Part shown: piece after piece, positions 19,596-24,983 of the stretch
Position numbering within the stretch: position 1 is the stretch's first letter
Layout of the letters: every line of letters begins with the position of its first letter
From: Candidatus Thermosaccharophagus tengchongensis
Lineage (GTDB): Bacteria; Armatimonadota; Fervidibacteria; Fervidibacterales; Thermosaccharophagaceae
Assembly: GCA_032161105.1 (NCBI GenBank)
Contig: JAVHTD010000033.1
Length of the DNA: 24,983 nucleotides
Reading direction: 5' to 3' (one strand)
The notes under the pieces: model-generated
Told to the model about the DNA's origin: nothing
Database searches by the model: none
The model's input: the letters and a program-made list of their open reading frames with translations, nothing else
Program-made: the position numbers and the translations under genes

Positions 19596-19966
19596 TGCAT
19601 TGCTCAATTGATGTCGTTTGACGAGATTGCAATGTGAGACTTTACAATCAAATTGCGCCGTGCCAAAGTTAGGTTGTGGGAGTTGGGTTTTCTGAATGGG
19701 GTCAATCTCACACCGAAGGAGGTGATGCAGTGAAAGTTCACAGGGGCAGCTGTCCGAGTTCACGACTGAGGAACGATGTGAGGCGGACTATCGTCCGCCC
19801 TACAATCTACACATGATGTTGTGTGAGGCTTTGAATGTGGTGTGTTCAAAATAAACTCAAGGGAGGGATGTGAAATGAAGCGAGCAAGTAGAATGCTTAA
19901 GTTGAGATGGGTAGGTTTTACGCTGATAGAGCTGCTGGTGGTGATAGCGATAATCGCCATCTTGGC
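19596..19966 (+). repeat. Direct repeat copy 2: promoter, leader and prepilin N-terminus block
   Basis: About 98% identical to 18341-18710 (offset 1255-1256). Confidence 0.95.
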
Positions 19967-20642
19967 GGCTATACTGTTTCCCGTGTTTGCCAAGGCGAGG
20001 GAAAAAGCCAGGATGGCGAGCTGCCAGAGCAATCTGAAGCAACTCGGGATAGCGATGCGCGCTTACGCGCTTGATTATGATGGAATGCTCGTTCCATGGG
20101 GGTGTGGTCTATACAGCGCATTGCCAGCATACGAGAATGCGCCGTTCCGAGCTGATGAGGGTCCGCTCAGCAGGCTATATCCGTATGTCAAGAATGTCCA
20201 AATATATGTTTGCCCAAGTGCCCCTACTTTAACTTATGGGCGATGCAACATTACTCGTTCTGGCGTGCCTTGTGGCGCAGGTGCAAGCTACGGGTTCAAT
20301 TTATCCGCAAGTGGTAGAAGCGGGCGTCACGAGAGTGACCTTATATGGCCTGCTGAGACAATAGCGTTTGCTGACTCGGATGGTCAGCACTTCCTTAACG
20401 ACCCATTTTGCAATTACTGCCAGGGGAATGGAAACATGGTGCCAAGGCACAACGACATGTTGAATGTGCTCTATCAGGATGGTCATGTAAAAGCTCACAG
20501 GCTTGAATATCTACTCCCACCACCTTGGAACGCTGATAGGAACCGTAGGTTACCATCTCCGTCAGCGCAACCGGGTGACCCCGAAATTTCAAGGCTTTGG
20601 GTGCTATGGCGCGGCGTCACGACAACTGGTCTTGTGAGGTAG
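19875..20642 (+). CDS. Prepilin-type N-terminal cleavage/methylation protein with H-X9-DG motif (DUF1559-like)
   Basis: Same RBS and leader as gene 1; [14 protein letters not shown]...[38 protein letters not shown]. Confidence 0.93.
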   Translation: MKRASRMLKLRWVGFTLIELLVVIAIIAILAAILFPVFAKAREKARMASCQSNLKQLGIAMRAYALDYDGMLVPWGCGLYSALPAYENAPFRADEGPLSRLYPYVKNVQIYVCPSAPTLTYGRCNITRSGVPCGAGASYGFNLSASGRSGRHESDLIWPAETIAFADSDGQHFLNDPFCNYCQGNGNMVPRHNDMLNVLYQDGHVKAHRLEYLLPPPWNADRNRRLPSPSAQPGDPEISRLWVLWRGVTTTGLVR

Positions 20643-20686
20643 CGAGTTAGGGGCATATGCAATTAGCAGCTGGGGGTGAAAATGTC

Positions 20687-20875
20687 GTGAAGAAGGTGTG
20701 GTATGGCGTTATAGCTGTTGTTGTCATCGTGTTTGCCATTGGTAGCCTTGTAGTTTGGTCAGTTAGGAGAAAGCAGGCTGTGGAGAAGTATATTCCCAAA
20801 GGTTCTCCGGAGAGATTTGAGGAAATGCAAAAGACGCCTGCTGCTACTGGTCAACAGCCACCGGGGCAACCATAG
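20687..20875 (+). CDS. Small single-pass membrane protein downstream of pilin-like gene 2
   Basis: GGGGGTGA RBS and GTG start; MKKVW, a ~20-aa hydrophobic helix, RRK and a Pro/Gln-rich tail. Confidence 0.7.
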   Translation: MKKVWYGVIAVVVIVFAIGSLVVWSVRRKQAVEKYIPKGSPERFEEMQKTPAATGQQPPGQP

Positions 20876-20960
20876 CCGAAGTAACAATTTGCCATAAGAT
20901 CCCAATTCGGATTAGCATTGCAGAGTAGCTATCATAAGCTAAAATGGGGGGTAATTAGCG

Positions 20961-21215
20961 TTGCGGATTGAGGTCATTGGAATTGAGCCACCATGCAAAA
21001 AATGCAAAGCGCTGCTTGAGAATGTTAGGCAAGCGTTAAATGAGCTTGAGGTGCAAGTGGAAGTTGTAAAAGTTGATGCCCTTTCAGATGAAGTTGGTGA
21101 GCGTTATGGCATTGTGATGACGCCTGCACTCGCAATTGATGGCTTTATCATCTCCGAAGGGAAAGTCCTGTCCAAAGAGCAAATTGTGCGCATTATTAAG
21201 GGCATGGCGAAGTGA
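20961..21215 (+). CDS. Small redox-active disulfide protein (thioredoxin family, MTH895-like)
   Basis: IEVIG..PPCKKC and YGIVMTPALAIDG...SEGKV.S; GGGGG RBS and TTG start. Confidence 0.88.
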   Translation: MRIEVIGIEPPCKKCKALLENVRQALNELEVQVEVVKVDALSDEVGERYGIVMTPALAIDGFIISEGKVLSKEQIVRIIKGMAK

Positions 21216-21237
21216 TGAGAGTAAGGTCGGCACAGCC

Positions 21238-21509
21238 GCAGGGGCAGGCGGTAGCCTGCCCGAAAAATGAGGCGTATTTTGCACACCCCTATGAGGGATG
21301 AACGAACGGATTTCATCTGCCCCCACGAAAAACGGGTGGATTTCATTCGCCCCTGTAGAACGGGCATGGAGTTCGTTAACTATGGGGTGGTTGGGGCATA
21401 CCCGGGAAATGAACGGACTACAAAAATCGGGCGGGTTTCACCTGCCACTGCAAAAACGGGCAGGTTTCACCTGCCCCTACAAAAACGGGCGGATTTCATC
21501 CGCCCTTAC
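21238..21509. repeat. Cluster of GTAG-type REPs (family C): one forward unit and tandem ~29-30-bp reverse units
   Basis: GCAG-GGGCAGGC-GGTA-GCCTGCCC at 21238. Tandem AAAAACGGGCRGRTTTCAYCYGCCCCTAC units at 21421-21509, with degenerate units at about 21300-21360. Confidence 0.85.
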
Positions 21510-21564
21510 ATTGTGATGTATGGCATAAAATGTGCCTGAAACTGTGGATGACGGTGTTAGCGTG

Positions 21565-22641
21565 ATGAATAGCCCTCAAATTTTTCAAAAGCTTGGCAAA
21601 AGAGCCGCACGCACAATATTTGGGTTAATTGGCGGTATAGGTGCGTGGATTTTGATTGAGCCGTTTGTAACGGATACAGCGCAGAGCATAAGCGAGTTGT
21701 TTACGGAATCCGCACCACAATCATCCTTAGCAATGTGGGCGCTTGGGTGTGCTCTCATTGGGATTTCCATTGTTGGGCTGGAGGAGTTGGTTTGGGGCAA
21801 CAAGAAAAGGGCAATTCATGGCGCTATAATTGCCGGGCTCGTTGGATTCTTTGGCGGAGGCATGTCGCAAATCATCGGCTCGCTTATCTGGTTCAAGGTT
21901 TTTGGACCGATTGTGTTGAGTTTTGGTGGAAACGAATTAATGCAATATTGCTGGCTAATTATCGCCAGAAGCTTCACATGGGCGCTTATGGGCGGCATTA
22001 TTGGGCTATCATTGGGCATCGTCAGGAAATCCTTGAAGGGGTCTATAAATTCAGCCATTGGTGGAGTTTTGGGTGGCTTAACTGGAGGGGTGCTTTTTGA
22101 CACAATTGCGCCATTCTTTGGGATGCTATTGACTTTTGGCTTAATTGAAGCTGGTTGGGCAAGCCGCTCAATCGGGCTTATGCTCATTGGTGCACTTATT
22201 GGGCTATTTAGCACGATTGCTGAGCAGCTCCTATCGCCTGCAACTTTGAAAGTCATCTCATCTGGGCGAATGGAAGGGCGTGAATTCGTTCTTGACAAGC
22301 CGATTCTCACAATGGGTCGTGACGAAAGATGCGATATTTCGCTGTATTATGACGATGAAATCCTCATGAGGCATGCGCTGCTGCAATGGTGTGGCGATGG
22401 ATATGTGATAACCCCGCAGGGCAACGCGAAAATTTTTGCCAATAATTTGCCAGTTATCTCCAAGAAGCTCGAAGATGGTGATGTCATCACCGTCGGAAAA
22501 ACACGCCTCCTATTCCGCAAGCGCAGGATGACATCGGTTAGCGCAACTTCCAGCGGGAGAATGTGCGAAGTTTGCGGCACAATTAACCGTGCGGGAGCAA
22601 AGTATTGCAGAAATTGCGGTAGCTCGCTCACGAAATTGTAA
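21565..22641 (+). CDS. Multi-pass membrane protein with FHA-like domain and C-terminal zinc ribbon
   Basis: Gly-rich TM helices; LKVISSGRMEGREFVL...MGRDERCDI...HA...LEDGDVITVG; CxxC...CxxCG. Start uncertain (21532/21562/21565). Confidence 0.85.
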   Translation: MNSPQIFQKLGKRAARTIFGLIGGIGAWILIEPFVTDTAQSISELFTESAPQSSLAMWALGCALIGISIVGLEELVWGNKKRAIHGAIIAGLVGFFGGGMSQIIGSLIWFKVFGPIVLSFGGNELMQYCWLIIARSFTWALMGGIIGLSLGIVRKSLKGSINSAIGGVLGGLTGGVLFDTIAPFFGMLLTFGLIEAGWASRSIGLMLIGALIGLFSTIAEQLLSPATLKVISSGRMEGREFVLDKPILTMGRDERCDISLYYDDEILMRHALLQWCGDGYVITPQGNAKIFANNLPVISKKLEDGDVITVGKTRLLFRKRRMTSVSATSSGRMCEVCGTINRAGAKYCRNCGSSLTKL

Positions 22642-22748
22642 TGGGGAAGACAAGTCGCAGATGAGTGTTAATCGTCTTATGGGCTGTCATCCACAACGGA
22701 TAGTATTGCAAATTTTGGTCGGGAAAACGCCATTAACTGGGGTGGTAA

Positions 22749-24983
22749 ATGGTGGGACAGTTTTTGGTTGTGTGGGAAGGACTTAGCAGAGGATGTGCAC
22801 TCCCCTTGCTACTGCTATTTTTTTCGCTCATTCCCTTCGGTATGGTGATGGGGCAGGTTGTTACGGATTTTGATCCCAATGAACCGATCGGCAAGCGACC
22901 TTATGAGATGGAGTGGGCGAATCGCAAAGAACCGCGCCCTCCGACAATCACCTTCAGCAACCTACAAGGTTGGCGGATGGAAGTTGAAGGCGGTGCGGTC
23001 GCAATTTTCCGACCAAGCCGAGAGCAAAATGTCTGGGACCGTCCAGTCGGCAAGTTAACCTATCGCGGCAACGGCGACCCAAATTCTCGTCCGAAAATTT
23101 TGCTTTACCCGCCAAAACCTATTCCCATCCCAGACGGCAGCGATTGCGTTGATGCTTGGATTTACGGCAACAGGTGGGGTTGGGAAAATCCGCCTGATAC
23201 GCCGCCAGTCCAAATTTTCCTTCACCTGCGCGACGGCAAAGGGCAAGTGCAACGAGTGCACTTGACAACTGTTAACTGGAAGGAATGGTGGCTCGCGCAC
23301 CGAAGGTTGTTCCCTTTGCCTCAAGGCGGCGAGACGAAAGGATGGGAGTTCATTGCACTTGAAATCGTTGGCGGTTGGCAACCACAAGACCGAACAATTT
23401 ACCTTGACAGTTTGACCTTTTACCGCGAACCGCTCTTGCCACTGAAATTCCCGCCGAGACCCAAACGCAACTTGACACTTTTTGAAGGACAATCTCCGGG
23501 GTTGAACATCGGAGGGCACGCCTCCGGCGTGCCGATTTTCGGTCGGGCAGGAGCCCGACCCTCCGAGAAAAAATTAGAGTTTCCGACGCGGGAAGAAACA
23601 ATCCTGCCCATCAACTTGACAAAGCGATTCCGCACGGAGGCGAAGCGAGAAGGCAATTTGTTCGTTTTCCGCTACATCGGCAGCGATTGCATTGTCACTT
23701 ACCGATTTGACCCTGCAAAGGGCTTATCGGGAATAACGGCAGTAGTGGAACATAGGGCAAGGGACACTGGGCAAGTTGGGAGAAGTTTAATCATCCAACC
23801 GCTCGCAGGTGCAGGTGTTAAGTTTGCTGGTGGAAGGCAAGTTCGTAGTGAGTCACAAAGCAGCAGCGGAGTGGCGTCATTTGACGGCACTTCACTTCGT
23901 TCCATGCCTAACTACGAACTTGAGGACAAATTGGTTCGTGCTGAACTGCGAAACGGGGTTGTGACCGCACGGTATGAAAGCGGAGTGATTTACCGCTTGA
24001 GGTTGTGGCAGAAATCGCTCGTTTTGGATGTCATTTGGGTTCGTAGTGAGTCACGAAGCGGTAGCGGAGCAGCGTCATCTAACGGCACTACACTTCGTTC
24101 CGTGCCTAACTACGAACCTATAGAAGTTTCCTTTGGCGAAATTCGCTTGCCCGAACTCAGCACCCCACACTCCGCACTTCGCACCATTTATGTGCCTTTC
24201 ATCACTTATGGTGGCAGCAACCCAGTTGTGGCGATGGTGGGAGGAGGGAGAGGGGACAAGGGGCGAGGTGTTTTCGTGAGCATTTGGCTTGATTGGTATC
24301 GCAGCAACGGGAGCGAACCTTACGCTTTTCCTGACGGTCAGTTTACGCCAACAGGTTTGCGAATTAACGGAGGTGTCCGATACCACCCGAAAACCGATGG
24401 CAAACGCAACGATGTCTTTGAACGAATTTTCGTCACGGTTTCGCCAACTTTTGAAGAAGTTCTGCCAGTCATACCGAACCCGAAAGGGCTTCACGCTCAC
24501 CTCGCTGTTGACAGGTTGTGGCAGGAAAGTTGGGGACCTGAGAATTACGAACGAGAGATGGAGCGAAGCCGAAGATTGCGTGCCTACGGAATTGTCAAGT
24601 TGATTCAATGCAACCACGAAATCACATGGCGAGACGGTGGTGAAAGTTTCACTCTGCGAACTAAGGCGGCGCCGGGCAAAGGCGGCGACGAAGCGCTGAA
24701 GCGTTACTTGGAGCACCAAAAGTCGCTTGGTTGGTTTGCTGGGCTTTACACAAATTACTGCGATTTCGCTCCCGTCAACGAATTTTGGAACCCTGATTTT
24801 GTCCAACGAACTCCCGAAGGAGAATGGCGACCTGCATGGCCGAGATGTTACGCCCTTAAACCTGCAGCAGCGGTGATGTTCCATGAAAAACTTGCGCCAA
24901 TCATAAAACGGAAGTTTCATGTTTGTAGTGAGGCACGAAGCATAAGCGGAGTGCCGTCAAAAACGCCACTTCGCTATCGCTCC
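22749..24983 (+). CDS. Large secreted protein, probable glycoside-hydrolase-like TIM-barrel region, carrying in-frame repeat insertions (3' truncated; absent from the ORF track)
   Basis: ATG 22749 after GGGGTGGT. Hand translation gives no stop to the window end: MVGQFLVVWEGLSRGCALPLLLLFFSLIPFGMVMG-QVVTDFDPNEPIGKRPYEMEWANR...WIYGNRWGW...FPTREETILP...WLDWYRSNGS...HEITWRDGGESFTLRTKAAPGKGGDEALKRY...LGWFAGLYTNYCDFAP...PAWPRCYALKP. The function call is weak; the coding status is strong. Confidence 0.85.
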   Translation, partial: MVGQFLVVWEGLSRGCALPLLLLFFSLIPFGMVMGQVVTDFDPNEPIGKRPYEMEWANRKEPRPPTITFSNLQGWRMEVEGGAVAIFRPSREQNVWDRPVGKLTYRGNGDPNSRPKILLYPPKPIPIPDGSDCVDAWIYGNRWGWENPPDTPPVQIFLHLRDGKGQVQRVHLTTVNWKEWWLAHRRLFPLPQGGETKGWEFIALEIVGGWQPQDRTIYLDSLTFYREPLLPLKFPPRPKRNLTLFEGQSPGLNIGGHASGVPIFGRAGARPSEKKLEFPTREETILPINLTKRFRTEAKREGNLFVFRYIGSDCIVTYRFDPAKGLSGITAVVEHRARDTGQVGRSLIIQPLAGAGVKFAGGRQVRSESQSSSGVASFDGTSLRSMPNYELEDKLVRAELRNGVVTARYESGVIYRLRLWQKSLVLDVIWVRSESRSGSGAASSNGTTLRSVPNYEPIEVSFGEIRLPELSTPHSALRTIYVPFITYGGSNPVVAMVGGGRGDKGRGVFVSIWLDWYRSNGSEPYAFPDGQFTPTGLRINGGVRYHPKTDGKRNDVFERIFVTVSPTFEEVLPVIPNPKGLHAHLAVDRLWQESWGPENYEREMERSRRLRAYGIVKLIQCNHEITWRDGGESFTLRTKAAPGKGGDEALKRYLEHQKSLGWFAGLYTNYCDFAPVNEFWNPDFVQRTPEGEWRPAWPRCYALKPAAAVMFHEKLAPIIKRKFHVCSEARSISGVPSKTPLRYRS
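23509..23566. repeat. In-frame REP doublet, family B (GGAG-type)
   Basis: TCGGAG-GGCACGCC-TCC-GGCGTGCC-GATTTTC-GGTCGGGC-AGGA-GCCCGACC-CTCCGA: terminal inverted repeat plus two perfect 8-bp hairpins. Confidence 0.85.
23841..23919. repeat. In-frame family A element, copy 1
   Basis: GTTCGTAGTGAGTCAC...GTGGCGTCATTTGACGGCAC...TGCCTAACTACGAAC; encodes VRSESQSSSGVASFDGTSLRSMPNYE. Confidence 0.93.
24039..24117. repeat. In-frame family A element, copy 2
   Basis: GTTCGTAGTGAGTCAC...GTGCCTAACTACGAAC; encodes VRSESRSGSGAASSNGTTLRSVPNYE. Confidence 0.93.
24151..24185 (+). repeat. In-frame degenerate heptamer tandem repeat (consensus CCGCACT)
   Basis: CCGAACT CAGCACC CCACACT CCGCACT TCGCACC. Confidence 0.7.
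24921..24983. repeat. In-frame family A element, copy 3 (truncated by the window end)
   Basis: GTTTGTAGTGAGGCACGAAGCATAAGCGGAGTGCCGTCA-AAA-ACGCCACTTCGCTATCGCTCC; encodes VCSEARSISGVPSKTPLRYRS. Confidence 0.88.

Noticed and set aside
18341..19966. Diversity-generating retroelement TR/VR pair
   Set aside because: The repeat covers the promoter and N-terminus, the differences are not adenine-specific, and there is no reverse transcriptase in the window.
21300..21509. CRISPR array from ~30-bp palindromic repeats
   Set aside because: The units abut directly without spacers and carry the GTAG REP signature.
21267..21539. 90-aa and 72-aa ORFs
   Set aside because: They are translations of the REP cluster.
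23841..24117. Inteins or self-splicing introns
   Set aside because: The inserts are only ~26 aa / 79 nt, with no Cys/Ser...His-Asn intein ends and no group I/II core.
24075..24920. 281-aa minus-strand ORF and other short ORFs in 22858-24603
   Set aside because: These are shadows of the long plus-strand ORF starting at 22749.

Overview
Bacterial chromosomal window, most likely from Armatimonadota (Fervidibacteria-like). This is inferred from the tandem prepilin/H-X9-DG (DUF1559-type) genes, an SLH/beta-barrel envelope protein and large carbohydrate-module proteins. Gene order: 3' end of an alpha-2-macroglobulin with an intact GCVEQ thioester; an SLH + collagen + coiled-coil + beta-barrel (OmpM/SlpA-like) gene with two sigma70 promoters and a terminator; prmA-rsmE; a secreted hypothetical; an SGNH hydrolase and apgM on the minus strand; a ~2370-aa esterase/NPCBM/GH2-like multidomain protein; two pilin-like genes sharing a ~98%-identical promoter/leader block; a small membrane protein; a thioredoxin-like protein; an FHA membrane protein; and a long ORF (22749 to the window end) that the ORF track missed. 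The most unusual signal is in that last ORF. It stays open while carrying three copies of the REP-doublet (REPIN-like) element that forms intergenic arrays at 17984-18338 and 19399-19593, all in the same codon phase. It also carries a second palindrome family and three heptamer tandem tracts, so repeats appear to be translated as protein loops. No tRNA, rRNA, CRISPR, transposase or RAYT gene was seen.
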